Assembly: GCA_965214035.1 (NCBI GenBank)
Contig: OZ243932.1
Span: forward strand, 1,007,992 to 1,071,991
Direction: 5' to 3'
Source: Gammaproteobacteria bacterium
GTDB lineage: Bacteria; Pseudomonadota; Gammaproteobacteria; JAJDYQ01
DNA length: 64,000 nt
In this document: positions 53,719 through 64,000 of the stretch, piece by piece
Layout of the letters: each line of letters begins with the position of its first letter
Numbering within the stretch: the first letter of the stretch is position 1
Translations under genes and position numbers: made by a program
The notes under the pieces: generated by a model
Told to the model about the DNA's origin: nothing
The model's database searches: none
Seen by the model: the letters and a program-made list of their open reading frames with translations, nothing else

Positions 53719-54042
53719 CTATCTTGAAAATTGTTCATCGATGAAAGCCTCTTTTTCTGCCTTGCTCAGTTGCTTTATCCGATATTCAAGTCTGGATGCT
53801 TTGCTGCGGTTATCTGCTCTTTGGTACCATACCATTCTCAATGGTCCTTTGCCACGTAGTGATTTTGCTCCTTTACCCTGTTTTCCTCGATGCTCATCAA
53901 ATCGCCTTTGCAGGTCGGTCGTAATACCGGTGTAAAGATTCCCTTTCCGGCAGCGGATTATGTAAACCCACCATTTTTGATTAGGTGATTTATCCCGTGA
54001 TTTTTTATAGGCTACACCCGATGTGGGCTTTATATCAGTCAT
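53719..54042 (-). CDS. GIY-YIG nuclease-family small protein (YhbQ/UPF0213-like) with an N-terminal extension
   Basis: 'WWVYIIRCRKGNLYTGITTDLQRRFDEH...GAKSLRGKG' matches the GIY-YIG core. Confidence 0.8.
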   Translation of the reverse strand: MTDIKPTSGVAYKKSRDKSPNQKWWVYIIRCRKGNLYTGITTDLQRRFDEHRGKQGKGAKSLRGKGPLRMVWYQRADNRSKASRLEYRIKQLSKAEKEAFIDEQFSR

Positions 54043-54093
54043 GCGGTAGTTATGATCCAATACTGTATTCAGTATAGATGCCATTGATCGATG

Positions 54094-55767
54094 CTATCTG
54101 CTGACCTTTGCCCAGCTGTCACGGAGACTGATGATACGATTATAAACCGGATTATCGCCATGTTCCGGGATGTGGTTCAGGGTAAAGTAGCCAAGCCTTT
54201 CAAACTGGAAGGCATCTTCAACCGACGCATCCGATAAACCAGCTTCCAGCTTGCAGCCCTGTAATATTTGCAATGAACCCGGATTCAGTTCATCATGCAC
54301 ATCATTGGCAACCCAAGGTGTTGGTGTGCTGAATAACCGATCATAAACATTAACCTGGGCATCGATAGCATGATTGGCACTGACCCAGTGGATGGTGCCC
54401 TTTACTTTACGTCCGTCTGCGGTACCACCATGGCTTTCAGGATCGTATGTTGCCCTGAGTTCCATGACATTGCCGTCATCATCCCTGACTACCTCGGTAC
54501 AGGTAATATAGTAGGCGAAGCGCAGGCGGACTTCACGCCCCGGAGACAGGCGGAAAAACTTTTTCGGTGCATCTTCCATGAAGTCGTCACGTTCAATATA
54601 AATTTCCCGGCTGAAAAATATCCTGCGTGTACCAAGTTCAGGCTTTTGTGGATGGTTGGCTGCTTCAAGTTTTTCTTCGCGACCTTGCGGATAGTTTTCG
54701 ATAATCACTTTTAATGGATTCAGGACTGCCAGACGACGCGGGGCATGTTCATTCAAGTGCTCACGGACCGAGTTTTCCAATACATCTATTTTGATCGTAC
54801 TGTCTTTTTTGGTAACGCCAATAATTTCACAGAAACGTCGAATGGCTTGTGGCGGATAACCACGTCGGCGCATACCGGAGATTGTCGGCATACGCGGGTC
54901 ATCCCAGCCATCTACAGTGCCATCTTCCACCAGTATATTGAGTTGACGCTTACTGGTAATGGCGTATTCAAGCTGGAGACGTGCAAACTCAATCTGCTGA
55001 GGCTGGCAAGGCGTGGAAAGTACGTCAAGCACCCAGTCGTACAAGGGTCGGTGGTCCGCAAACTCCAGTGTGCATAGCGAATGAGTAATACCTTCTATAG
55101 CATCAGAAAGACAGTGTGTGTAATCGTACATTGGATAAATACACCATTGATTACCTGTCTGGTGATGTCTCGCATGCTTGATACGGTATAGAACCGGGTC
55201 ACGCATATTCAGATTGGACGAGGCCATATCAATTTTTGCGCGTAGAACTCGACCACCATCGCCAAATTCCCCCGCCTTCATACGACGGAACAAATTGAGA
55301 TTTTCTTCGGTTGAGCGGTTTCTATGGGGGCTTTCGACGCCTGATTCAGTCAAGGTGCCACGTGTCTGGCGAACTTCGTCCACACTTTGATCGTCAACAT
55401 AGGCTTTTCCATGCTGAATTAATTGCTCGGCAAACTGGTATAGCTGTTCGAAGTAGTCTGAAGCAAAATGCAGTTCATGCCAATCATAGCCCAGCCAGAC
55501 AATATCCTGTTTAATCGCCTCGATATACTCTCCTTCTTCTTTTTCTGGATTGGTATCATCAAATCGGAGGTTACATCGTCCTGAGCAGGATTTAGCTATA
55601 CCAAAGTTTAAGACGATAGATTTTGCATGACCAATATGCAAATAGCCATTGGGTTCCGGCGGGAAACGAGTAATTACTCCATCAGGATTTTTTGCCACCG
55701 CGATATCAGAGTCAATGATATTGCGGATAAAGTTGGGCGGGGTGTCCGTTGTTGATTGTGATGACAT
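54094..55767 (-). CDS. glnS: Glutamine--tRNA ligase
   Basis: 'NFIRNIIDSD...TRFPPEPNGYLHIGHAKS' HIGH motif and 'VMSKR'-type region. Probable start MSSQSTT. Confidence 0.9.
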   Translation of the reverse strand: MSSQSTTDTPPNFIRNIIDSDIAVAKNPDGVITRFPPEPNGYLHIGHAKSIVLNFGIAKSCSGRCNLRFDDTNPEKEEGEYIEAIKQDIVWLGYDWHELHFASDYFEQLYQFAEQLIQHGKAYVDDQSVDEVRQTRGTLTESGVESPHRNRSTEENLNLFRRMKAGEFGDGGRVLRAKIDMASSNLNMRDPVLYRIKHARHHQTGNQWCIYPMYDYTHCLSDAIEGITHSLCTLEFADHRPLYDWVLDVLSTPCQPQQIEFARLQLEYAITSKRQLNILVEDGTVDGWDDPRMPTISGMRRRGYPPQAIRRFCEIIGVTKKDSTIKIDVLENSVREHLNEHAPRRLAVLNPLKVIIENYPQGREEKLEAANHPQKPELGTRRIFFSREIYIERDDFMEDAPKKFFRLSPGREVRLRFAYYITCTEVVRDDDGNVMELRATYDPESHGGTADGRKVKGTIHWVSANHAIDAQVNVYDRLFSTPTPWVANDVHDELNPGSLQILQGCKLEAGLSDASVEDAFQFERLGYFTLNHIPEHGDNPVYNRIISLRDSWAKVSR

Positions 55768-55914
55768 CTTGGCAGGCAATGGTAAAAAAGCGGATTCTAT
55801 CACCGCCCGATGCGGATGTAATGATGTTTAAGGATTATGCGTCAGCCGTCTAAGGGTTGGCCGCTCTCATCAAGCACGCCGAATCCAGTGATGGTTGTCA
55901 TAGCTCTATCGGGT

Positions 55915-56235
55915 TTACTCCTTGGGCCGTAAACCCCAGTCGTCGGCTTTTCTGACACGCGGATCCATCAAGATCGAATATAGGTAGGATGGCCCTCGAA
56001 GGTGCTGAATAGGCGACGTGTTTTCAAGGGGAAGATACTCCAGTGCTTTGAGAAATTCGGAGCGAGCGATGTTTTGATTGATCCCCTCCGGGACAATCGC
56101 ATTGCCGACGACCGTATAGATGTACTCCTTTCCGCGAATTTGGCGAAAGGTCTCACCCTCAAGCACCTTGATTCTCGCCCAGACTGTATCGATTGAAATA
56201 TGAGTGTAATGATTTTTTTTCATGCTTCTTCTCAT
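55915..56235 (-). CDS. Hypothetical 106-aa protein
   Basis: ORF with no recognised family. An unannotated 49-codon ORF lies downstream on the plus strand (56281-56430). Confidence 0.25.
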   Translation of the reverse strand: MRRSMKKNHYTHISIDTVWARIKVLEGETFRQIRGKEYIYTVVGNAIVPEGINQNIARSEFLKALEYLPLENTSPIQHLRGPSYLYSILMDPRVRKADDWGLRPKE

Positions 56236-56441
56236 TGTTATAAAGGGATAGCCTAATCTATCACAAAATGTTCCCTGAATTATGGAAAATCAAAAGATAA
56301 AATCTCCCTTTCTGAGCATGGTGCAGGAGCGCTTGCAGCGATTAAGTTATTCTCTTGAGATCGAAGAAAGTGACTTAAATTGGATATGGAGCCGCCTTGA
56401 GCTGATGGTGTGGCGCGGGCCAAAACGATAAGGCATTCAGC

Positions 56442-57128
56442 CTATTGTTGCGACGCGCCCGTGTAATGCCGGCTTTTGAAGGTCTCGACAAGTTTATGCG
56501 CCTCAGCCACCGCGTCCTCGTCCAGTTTCTGCTTCATATAATAGACATAGTGCCCGGCGGCGTACCATTTCTCCGCAGATAGCAAATACCACTTCATGGC
56601 TTCTATGAAATCAGTTTTGGTGCCGAGTCCATTGTCATACATATAACCCAAAGCCGCCTGCGCCGACGGGTGCCCGGTTATTGCCGCCCTAGTATAGAGT
56701 TCAATGGCCTTTTCATAGTCTCTGGGAGCCCCGTAACCCTGATAATACATGCGCCCCAGACCAAAGTCCCCTGCCGGGTTATTCTGCCTCGACGATTCCT
56801 GATACCAATGGAATGCCCTTTGAAAATCGCGTTCAATACCCTTGCCCAGGCGGTAATACGATGCCACAGCAGCCTGTGCCCTGCTGTCCCCTTGCCCGGC
56901 GGCAGATAGCATCCACTGAAAAGAGGTTCTCTGGTTTTCCGCAGTTTGCTCACGATTGCTGTAGTGCATCGCCAGCTGATATTGCGCTTCAACATCCCCG
57001 GAATCGGCTCTGGAAAGAAGCTCATCAATATCAGAATAGCGGCTTATCTCCTGCGCATTCAGTACCGCGGAGATCAGCAAAAAAGACACCAGCAGATATC
57101 TGAAAAAATTAAATATGTTCACAGTCAT
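56442..57128 (-). CDS. Exported Sel1-like repeat (SLR/TPR-like) protein
   Basis: Signal peptide MTVNIFNFFRYLLVSFLLISAVLNA, followed by at least 5 Sel1 repeats ('AQYQLAMHY', 'AAVASYYRLGKGIERD', 'GLGRMYYQGYGAPRD', 'ALGYMYDNGLGTKTD'). Confidence 0.8.
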   Translation of the reverse strand: MTVNIFNFFRYLLVSFLLISAVLNAQEISRYSDIDELLSRADSGDVEAQYQLAMHYSNREQTAENQRTSFQWMLSAAGQGDSRAQAAVASYYRLGKGIERDFQRAFHWYQESSRQNNPAGDFGLGRMYYQGYGAPRDYEKAIELYTRAAITGHPSAQAALGYMYDNGLGTKTDFIEAMKWYLLSAEKWYAAGHYVYYMKQKLDEDAVAEAHKLVETFKSRHYTGASQQ

Positions 57129-57261
57129 CCCCTGATAAGTTCTATACGGTATCCTGGCCGGATACGATGCAGCTTTCAAGCCGGAATCTACTGCCAATGG
57201 ACGGTTAGCATATTTTTTATGTGCTGATATGCTTCTATATCCGTTATTTCAGAGAAATACC

Positions 57262-57558
57262 ATGAGCGAAAACCACGAAGAGCCCAGGGAAGAGCGTATT
57301 CTTCAGGTTATGCGCAGTATCCTGGTTGATGTCATAAAAGATACGACGACTAAACCCGGCCTCAAACATCCTTTGAAGCAATCCACTATCAGCAACATAC
57401 GACATGGGCTTGACCTGATCACGGCGAGACAGAAAGAGCTGCTAGAGGCTTCCGGCAAAAGCTGGGATTTACGGCCAACCTACCCCTCGGCACCACAACA
57501 ACATACCGAAGATGGGGTCGTCGTGTCAGTCACAAAGCTAAAAAAGAAGGATGATTAA
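57262..57558 (+). CDS. Hypothetical 98-aa protein
   Basis: ORF convergent with the kinase gene. No family recognised. Confidence 0.25.
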   Translation: MSENHEEPREERILQVMRSILVDVIKDTTTKPGLKHPLKQSTISNIRHGLDLITARQKELLEASGKSWDLRPTYPSAPQQHTEDGVVVSVTKLKKKDD

Positions 57559-57559
57559 C

Positions 57560-59782
57560 TTATAAGCCCGGAGTCCGCTTGTATTTCTCTCTGGCCGCCT
57601 TCAGAGCACTGTTTTTTGGATTAACTTTCAGGCCGGCATCCAGCATCTCTACAGCCTGGTCATACTGCCCTGCTTCTGCCAGCGATGTCGCCAACACCAG
57701 ATAAGACTCGGCAATCGCCGCTGGTGCAATATCAGTAATAAACAATGCCCCGGGAGGCAATCGCTCTTCCAGGATTTTCAAAAACTCTACTGCCTTGTCT
57801 GGACGCCCGGCTCTGGTTTTTATCAGGAGGCTGCGCTTGACCGCTTCAGCCATAGCACTTTCCAGAGATTCGCGACGTTTTTTTATGCGCCCCTGACGGG
57901 CGTCTTCATCAGCTTTTTTCTGTTCTTCCGAGGCAAGATAACCCGCATCCGAAAATCGGTTCATTTCAGAGCGCAAAAACAGCAAAGCATCATCTTCGGG
58001 ATACAGGCTGAGAGCCTGTTTTAGCATGGCATCCGCATCCAACAGTTGCCTCTCGGCAATCGCGGCATCAATCATCTCCGCATAAACAACTGGAATCCGT
58101 ATATCCCTACGGAGGGCATTTCCAGGAGCCGCCTTGTCCAGTGTTTCAAAGAGCTGTGGTACGGTATGCTCTTCACCAGCAGCCGTCACATCAAGCTCGT
58201 CCACAATCTGCTGTAACGAAGTATCAATGAAGTCAATAACCCGTGTTTTATGGTGTGCAATACGGTTATTTAGTTGTTTGACTTCCGCTGACTCTGGATA
58301 TAACTGTCGAGCCTCTTTCATAAGAGTCGTGGCCAGCTGGAAATTATTGGGACCTCCCAAATCGCCGGCAAGCGCATCATCTATCTGCTGGCTGTAATAG
58401 GCAACCAGACTGTCACGTGCCAGAGACAGCACATTCTGAACCGAAATATCATTGCGATCATCGAGACTCGAAAGTGTTTCTTCCACAATTGCCGGATCAG
58501 AAGAACCAAGCAGTACAACAAGCTCGGCCTCACGTTGCTGTTTAAGGTAGTTTTGAACTGGATAAATCGCGATCAAAGCCAGTGAAACTATCCCCACCAC
58601 GGCGGCCAGAGAGTATTTCTCCAGATTGCCGCCCTTATTTCTGAGGCCATTTAAGAATACCTGAACATTGGCTGGTGCTTTATCTCTGTCAAATGACAGA
58701 CCCTTTCGCAGCATCTTGTTTTGATGGCGCGTCAGCTTCCTCAGTGGCTTGGGCACCATTTCATGGTCGCGCGCCATAGTGGCAGGAAATTTATCGAATG
58801 GATGGCTACCCGACAGCAGAATATAACTCACCACAGCAAGCGCATAGATGTCGTCACGCGGGTCAGGTTCTTCCTCTTCCAGCATTTCACAACTGGCATA
58901 GGAAGGCGTAAGCGCACCGAGCTTTCCAGCATCAAATAAGGTTGTGTCTTGCTGACCCGGCTTTTTCACTGCTCTGGCAATGCCAAAATCGAGAACCTGA
59001 ACACCATGACCATCAGTGACAAAGGCATTCCCCGGCTTAAAGTCAGAGTGCACGATATTGCTGGAGTGTGCATAGCCTAATGCATTGCCCATATCTTCAA
59101 TAAGGGGCATTGCTTCTGCAAAGCTCATGCCTTCCTCAGGGACATGCTCGCTGATAAAGTCATTCAAAGGCTTCCCTTCCAGCAACTGCATCGTCATATA
59201 GACCATGGAGTCATAACGGTCAAAGTCATAAACGGTCGCAATGTTGGGATGCGCGAGTTTTTGTGTCCGGCTGCATTCACGCTGCAATGAAATGAATGAC
59301 TCCGGATGCCTCTTGAAATTATCATTCAGCACTTTAATGGCGAGGTATGGATTGCGGTCACTGGCCTCAACCTTGATCAGATCTCGGGCCTTGTAAACTA
59401 TCCCCATACCACCTTCGCCAAGGACTTCCAATAGTTCAAAACGATCCTTGATAACAGTTCCCGGCCCTACTGATTCAACTACCCCTTGAGCATCGGTTTC
59501 GATAAAAAACTGCCTTGGATCATTGGTGCGACTGGTCTCATGGTCGGTCTTGCTGGTGGTGTCTATCGGATCAATCGTATCCGACGCTACCAGCCTGGAA
59601 AGCAGGCGGTTGTATTGCGCATCATTGATCAAACCCTCACCCCGTGCAACATCCAATGCCTGAAGCAGGCCGGACAAGGCCTCGGAGTCTGCCTTGAGCA
59701 GACGTACCAACTCCTCTTCAAGCTCTTCAAAAGAAGCGCCTTTCTCCGCAAAATCGACTATAATCTGTTTGAAATCCTGCAA
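57560..59782 (-). CDS. Hanks-type serine/threonine protein kinase with TM segment and C-terminal TPR repeats
   Basis: Gly-loop 'LGEGGMGIVYKA', 'AIKVL', catalytic 'HSDFKPGNAFV', 'DFGIA'. A hydrophobic TM follows at 'LAAVVGIVSLALIAIY', then TPR-like repeats. 740 aa. Confidence 0.85.
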   Translation of the reverse strand: MQDFKQIIVDFAEKGASFEELEEELVRLLKADSEALSGLLQALDVARGEGLINDAQYNRLLSRLVASDTIDPIDTTSKTDHETSRTNDPRQFFIETDAQGVVESVGPGTVIKDRFELLEVLGEGGMGIVYKARDLIKVEASDRNPYLAIKVLNDNFKRHPESFISLQRECSRTQKLAHPNIATVYDFDRYDSMVYMTMQLLEGKPLNDFISEHVPEEGMSFAEAMPLIEDMGNALGYAHSSNIVHSDFKPGNAFVTDGHGVQVLDFGIARAVKKPGQQDTTLFDAGKLGALTPSYASCEMLEEEEPDPRDDIYALAVVSYILLSGSHPFDKFPATMARDHEMVPKPLRKLTRHQNKMLRKGLSFDRDKAPANVQVFLNGLRNKGGNLEKYSLAAVVGIVSLALIAIYPVQNYLKQQREAELVVLLGSSDPAIVEETLSSLDDRNDISVQNVLSLARDSLVAYYSQQIDDALAGDLGGPNNFQLATTLMKEARQLYPESAEVKQLNNRIAHHKTRVIDFIDTSLQQIVDELDVTAAGEEHTVPQLFETLDKAAPGNALRRDIRIPVVYAEMIDAAIAERQLLDADAMLKQALSLYPEDDALLFLRSEMNRFSDAGYLASEEQKKADEDARQGRIKKRRESLESAMAEAVKRSLLIKTRAGRPDKAVEFLKILEERLPPGALFITDIAPAAIAESYLVLATSLAEAGQYDQAVEMLDAGLKVNPKNSALKAAREKYKRTPGL

Positions 59783-59871
59783 GGAATTAACCTGAAGAAA
59801 TACACTAATCCAGCTATTCTAACTAATCTTTCCAACAGCTAAAAGCATTTATTGACCGAATCAGGCAGATA

Positions 59872-60099
59872 ATGGAAAAAGGAAATCCTGAAGCATTCAG
59901 GGCAAGAAAAATAGTCGGCTTCCATCAGGACAGCGAATCAAACTGGGTCGCCGAGCTGTCATGCGGACATAATCAGCATGTCCGCCATCAGCCTCCCTGG
60001 ATCAACCGCCCCTGGACGATGACAGAAGCTTCCAGAAAAAAGATGCTTGGAGCCGAGCTTAACTGCAAGAAATGTTCTCAGGATGACAGTCCGGATTAA
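59872..60099 (+). CDS. Small DUF3565-like protein
   Basis: 'FHQDSESNWVAELSCGHNQHVRHQPPWINRPW' matches the DUF3565 signature as I remember it. 75 aa. Confidence 0.4.
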   Translation: MEKGNPEAFRARKIVGFHQDSESNWVAELSCGHNQHVRHQPPWINRPWTMTEASRKKMLGAELNCKKCSQDDSPD

Positions 60100-60130
60100 G
60101 CCCGAAAGCTCTTCTTTAAATCAGCTCACC

Positions 60131-60907
60131 CTAATCATAATCCCTGTCTTTCCACTGTCTCAGCACCGTGAATACCTGTTCCGTGGTGCTTAAGCCAGTA
60201 CCTGAATATTTTTCGGCAGAGGATCTGACGCCATTCATATCCGTCCTGATAAAGGGGTTGGTCGCTTTCTCTACTGCCAAACGGAAAGGAACTGTCGCCA
60301 GTCCCTGCTCTCGCTCACCGATAACCTGTTCTTCCCTCTTCAGTAATTCGGGGTTGTCAGGTTCTACCCATTTTGCAAATCCGATATTATCCAGAGTGTA
60401 TTCATGCGCACAATAGATGTCGGTACTATCCGGCAGTTCGCGTATCCGGTCCAGAGAGGCATGTAGCTGCGCAAAACTGCCGCTGAATACCCGCCCACAA
60501 CCACAGGCAAATAGTGTATCCCCACAGAACAGGGCCGGCGCGGCATAGTAGCCAATGTGTCCTTCGGTATGCCCCGGTATTTCAATCACTTCAGGGGTAA
60601 ATTTCATGCCCGGAATATCGACTCTGTCTCCTTCCTTTAGCTTCCGGTCTATTCCAGAGATATTTTCATTCGCGGGACCATAAACCTTCACATCGGGATA
60701 TTGTCGGCATAAACCGGTAATTCCACCGACATGATCGGAGTGCTTGTGGGTAATCAAAATAGCGACTGCTTGCAGATCATGCGCCTGCAGATAATCAATA
60801 ACAGGTACCTCATCACCAGGGTCAACAACCGCTGCCTTACCATTATCCCCGGATATCACCCAGATATAATTGTCATCAAAGGCCGGGACACCGTGTATTG
60901 TAATCAC
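60131..60907 (-). CDS. gloB: Hydroxyacylglutathione hydrolase (glyoxalase II)
   Basis: 'PAFDDNYIWVI' and metallo-beta-lactamase 'THKHSDHVGG'. 258 aa. Confidence 0.9.
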   Translation of the reverse strand: MITIHGVPAFDDNYIWVISGDNGKAAVVDPGDEVPVIDYLQAHDLQAVAILITHKHSDHVGGITGLCRQYPDVKVYGPANENISGIDRKLKEGDRVDIPGMKFTPEVIEIPGHTEGHIGYYAAPALFCGDTLFACGCGRVFSGSFAQLHASLDRIRELPDSTDIYCAHEYTLDNIGFAKWVEPDNPELLKREEQVIGEREQGLATVPFRLAVEKATNPFIRTDMNGVRSSAEKYSGTGLSTTEQVFTVLRQWKDRDYD

Positions 60908-60913
60908 TGTTCA

Positions 60914-61255
60914 TTACCCTGGAGGCCAGCTTAACGGACGACCGCCCAGAATGTGTATATGCAAATGGAATACCGTTTGTCCTGCTTCGGCACCATTGTT
61001 GACGACCAGACGAAAAGCCTCGCCATATCCTTCCTGTCTGGCTATCTCACCGGCCTTTATCATTAAATGCCCAAGTAAAGCCTGATCTTCAGTTGTCGCG
61101 TCTATGGCTCTCGGTATCGGCTTTTTGGGGATTAGCAAGACATGTAGTGGTGCCTGAGGATTAATGTCACGAAAACAAAGGCAATCATCGTCCTCATACA
61201 CAATATCTGCGGAAATTTCACGATTAATAATTTTTGTAAATAATGTTTCAGACAT
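60914..61255 (-). CDS. HIT-family protein (HinT-like purine nucleoside phosphoramidase)
   Basis: 'MSETLFTKIINREI...' and histidine triad 'HLHIHIL'. Confidence 0.85.
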   Translation of the reverse strand: MSETLFTKIINREISADIVYEDDDCLCFRDINPQAPLHVLLIPKKPIPRAIDATTEDQALLGHLMIKAGEIARQEGYGEAFRLVVNNGAEAGQTVFHLHIHILGGRPLSWPPG

Positions 61256-61367
61256 AAGCATCAATCCCAATATTGATTCTATAACCATTCTTGATCATAC
61301 ACAATGCCCGTAGTCTGCATAACCCCAATACCTGAAGGCTTTTATCGCGGGTCATAAATAAATCGCT

Positions 61368-61637
61368 TTAATCATTATGGTCGGACCTGCTGCTTTTTTC
61401 TTCATAGCGCTGGCAATCATGTACATCTGGAACCGGATCATACCCTCCCGGATACCATGGCTGGCAACGGAACACTCGCTTTATAGCCATCCAGCCGCCT
61501 GAAATAACCCCGTGTATTTGAATGGCCTGTATTGCATAGGAGGAGCATGTAGGTGAAAACCGACAATGTGTGCTTAATACAGGGGAAATGAATAACTGAT
61601 AAAACCTGATAGGTATAATAATCAACTGACGCATCAT
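61368..61637 (-). CDS. yidD: Membrane protein insertion efficiency factor YidD
   Basis: '[12 protein letters not shown]...[17 protein letters not shown]' is canonical YidD. It is not flanked by rnpA/yidC here. Confidence 0.85.
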   Translation of the reverse strand: MMRQLIIIPIRFYQLFISPVLSTHCRFSPTCSSYAIQAIQIHGVISGGWMAIKRVFRCQPWYPGGYDPVPDVHDCQRYEEKSSRSDHND

Positions 61638-61671
61638 AGCACCTGAAAATTTATCTCCTGGAGTTACAGAG

Positions 61672-62466
61672 TCACACCGTTGCGAGGTGCCAATCTGTAT
61701 ATTCAGTTGTTAAAGCCGGAATTACTGCCGTTAATACATGAGTTGTTCCAGAACAATAAAAACCCCGATAGCGATCCACAGTATTATGTTCGGTGTGAAT
61801 AAATTTCAGGACATTGTTATCTTCAAGGCAGACCTCTATTCCGGTAAAGACGATACGCTTTTTGCTCAGTGGGAAATTACATTTGTAAAAAGCCTCTTTG
61901 GCACTGAAAATGATGGTGGCCTGCCGTTGCTGTTCAACCGGATCGGCGATATCATTCAGCCTTGCGATCTCGCATGAATTAAACAGACGGGGCCATAGCC
62001 GAGACTTCAAGCGTTTGCTCTTTTCAAGATCAATACCTATAGAACCAATACAGGCCGCTGTGCCTGCAGCAGCAATACAATAATCATCGGTATGACTGAT
62101 ACTGCCAACTATACCCTCCGGCCACTGCGGACAACCGTCCTTATCCTGACCTATTATAGAAACATCGCACCCCAGGTTTTGCAATACCTGATGGGCATAA
62201 TAACGACCACAAGCAAATTCACGTTGACGATTAATAGAGGCTGACCCAATCAGGCATGATTCCATTTGGCTGATATTCAAGGCACGCTTCAAGACCATGC
62301 CACCAAGCATCGCACAGTGTCTCGGCATGAGCGAGGCCAGTGTATGAACAAGCCGTGAAATCTCTTCCATCAGTTTTAGTAAAAATCCATCCAGCAGTTT
62401 TAAGTTAGGCAGATAGCCGATTATCGATTTGCTTTTGAATATTGCCCGATCTGCATGGACACCCAT
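61672..62466 (-). CDS. 4'-phosphopantetheinyl transferase, EntD/Sfp type
   Basis: '[23 protein letters not shown]' and '[10 protein letters not shown]' are PPTase motifs 2 and 3. The true start is probably an internal Met (62370-62466). Confidence 0.7.
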   Translation of the reverse strand: MGVHADRAIFKSKSIIGYLPNLKLLDGFLLKLMEEISRLVHTLASLMPRHCAMLGGMVLKRALNISQMESCLIGSASINRQREFACGRYYAHQVLQNLGCDVSIIGQDKDGCPQWPEGIVGSISHTDDYCIAAAGTAACIGSIGIDLEKSKRLKSRLWPRLFNSCEIARLNDIADPVEQQRQATIIFSAKEAFYKCNFPLSKKRIVFTGIEVCLEDNNVLKFIHTEHNTVDRYRGFYCSGTTHVLTAVIPALTTEYTDWHLATV

Positions 62467-62867
62467 TTTAATAAAGCCTGCAACATTTGTCTTTCTCTTC
62501 TCTCGCACCCTTCTCTCATTACGGTCAGTCTTTCCTGTATTTCCGCAGTAAGGGTCCTGTAAGACTCCAGTTCCGCACGGACTTCAACCAACTCGACTTG
62601 CAATCTACGCACCTGACTTGCCAGCGTCAGCCCATCATTCGCTTCATCCGGATTATATTTATTGACAGCATTATTTTGTAATCGCTCTACCCTCTCGAGC
62701 ATGGCAGATGATTGAGGGTCAACATCTGGATAGACTTTTGCCAAAGCAGACATACGGACATGACCTTCAAAGGTTTCAAGATAACCATCCTGAATTTTTT
62801 CCTGAATGATCTGCCGGCTAATCCCGGCGAGCTTGGCAGCTTTCGATAAACTCAGTAAATGATCCAT
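62421..62867 (-). CDS. Hypothetical HTH DNA-binding protein with C-terminal coiled coil
   Basis: 'LSLSKAAKLAGISRQIIQEKIQDG' HTH, then a heptad-rich region. Its 3' end overlaps the PPTase ORF. Confidence 0.35.
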   Translation of the reverse strand: MDHLLSLSKAAKLAGISRQIIQEKIQDGYLETFEGHVRMSALAKVYPDVDPQSSAMLERVERLQNNAVNKYNPDEANDGLTLASQVRRLQVELVEVRAELESYRTLTAEIQERLTVMREGCERRERQMLQALLKWVSMQIGQYSKANR

Positions 62868-63068
62868 TTATTCTCTGCTCCAGTATCCGTTGACCAGATA
62901 GTATTGATAACCGTTCTACCCGGCATATCGCACCACAATCAGCTCAAGGCAGTAGCTTATTGTCAAGTAAAATCCAGCCTGATCTCTATAACCGTATTAC
63001 TATTGATAAGGTCGGTACAGATACCAAACGATTATAAATCTGCCGGGCTATCAATACTGAGATAGATC

Positions 63069-64000
63069 CTATGAAACATTGTGCATCTCAATCGGTTCAC
63101 CGAGCTGTTCATTATGCCGTTCCTTTTCACAACGCTGCCTGGCAAGCCTACCAAGATACTCGGAGGTTACTTCGCTGGTCAGATATTGTCCAGTAAAGAC
63201 AGAATCCTCAAACCCACTAATATCTGGGTTACCTCTGAGCACGGCCCGCCTCAAATCTTTAAGATCTTGATAGAATAAACGGTCCGCACCTATGTATTCA
63301 CCGACCTCATCATTAGTACGGCCATGCGCTACCAGCTCATCGGCCGTTGGCATATCAATTCCATAAACATTCGGATATCTGACCGCTGGCGCAGCAGAGG
63401 CAAAATAGACATTTCGGGCACCTGCCTGTCGTGCCATCTCAATAATTTGTTTCGAGGTCGTTCCACGCACTATGGAATCATCCACCAATAAAACATTCTT
63501 GCCCTTAAATTCAAGGTCAATTGCATTCAGCTTCTGGCGTACCGACTTTGTTCGCTGCTGTCCTGGCATAATGAATGTGCGACCTATGTACCGGTTCTTA
63601 ATGAATCCCTCACGATATTTTATGCCGAGTTTGTATGCCAGAGGCAATGCCGCCGTGCGTGATGTGTCCGGGATAGGTATAACAACATCAATATCATGAT
63701 CGGGCCACTCCTGCAGAATCTTTTTGGCCAGTGATTCTCCCATTCTCAAACGAGCCTTATACACTGCCACCTTATCAATAATCGTGTCCGGGCGAGCAAG
63801 ATAAACGTATTCAAATAAACATGGACATAACTGAGGGCTATCATGGCATTGCTGCCGGAATACTACACCGGAATTTTCGATAAAGACAGCTTCACCGGGA
63901 TGAATATCATCAATCATCTCATACTCCAATGACTGTAGGGCAACATTTTCCGATACTATCATGTGCTCCGGACCCGCATCCGTTTCACGTTTGCCATAAC
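63069..64000 (-). CDS. purF: Amidophosphoribosyltransferase PurF, C-terminal two-thirds (gene continues beyond the window end)
   Basis: '[26 protein letters not shown]' PRTase motif and '[13 protein letters not shown]'. The frame stays open to position 64000. Confidence 0.9.
   Translation of the reverse strand, partial: YGKRETDAGPEHMIVSENVALQSLEYEMIDDIHPGEAVFIENSGVVFRQQCHDSPQLCPCLFEYVYLARPDTIIDKVAVYKARLRMGESLAKKILQEWPDHDIDVVIPIPDTSRTAALPLAYKLGIKYREGFIKNRYIGRTFIMPGQQRTKSVRQKLNAIDLEFKGKNVLLVDDSIVRGTTSKQIIEMARQAGARNVYFASAAPAVRYPNVYGIDMPTADELVAHGRTNDEVGEYIGADRLFYQDLKDLRRAVLRGNPDISGFEDSVFTGQYLTSEVTSEYLGRLARQRCEKERHNEQLGEPIEMHNVS

Overview
This 64 kb window looks like chromosomal DNA from a gammaproteobacterium. 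Conserved gene orders support this: tesA facing ybbA-ybbP, scpA-scpB-rluB next to trpS, mrcB followed by a TPR lipoprotein (LpoP-like, as in Pseudomonas), and glcDEF with a class V aminotransferase. Housekeeping genes fill most of it, including tsaB, dinG/yoaA, mrcB, glcDEF, dksA, two msrA copies, sixA, mltF, ybbAP, tesA, rluB, scpAB, trpS, glnS, gloB, hinT-like, yidD and purF. Four accessory regions stand out. (1) 1.9-11.4 kb, between tsaB and dinG, is a decayed defence and mobile-element island. It holds a beta-class type II methyltransferase with a frameshifted nuclease remnant, a truncated HerA-like ATPase, fragments of IS30-, IS1- and IS3-family transposases, and an intact 1666-aa single-chain restriction-modification enzyme with the Type ISP layout (Mrr nuclease, SF2 helicase, gamma-class N6-adenine methyltransferase, target-recognition domain). 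(2) 29.6-38.6 kb carries a roughly 3000-aa classical autotransporter adhesin. Its passenger is built of repeated ~100-aa domains. A 35-nt poly-G/C tract sits in its 5' leader just upstream of the signal peptide, and the passenger and beta-barrel lie in separate ORFs. (3) 51.3-54.1 kb is an AT-rich islet between trpS and glnS. It holds a second, truncated Type ISP N-terminal fragment, a 302-aa protein with a PUA/EVE-like N-terminus and a PD-(D/E)xK nuclease C-terminus (a candidate modification-dependent nuclease), and a GIY-YIG protein. (4) Three host-interaction-type proteins are scattered through the window: a secreted 768-aa ankyrin-repeat protein with a recent 204-bp tandem duplication, a Sel1-repeat protein, and a Hanks-type Ser/Thr kinase fused to TPR repeats. 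A 43-bp dispersed repeat occurs in inverted orientation at 11.07 kb and 51.55 kb, with partial copies at other disruption points. I saw no CRISPR array, rRNA or convincing tRNA.
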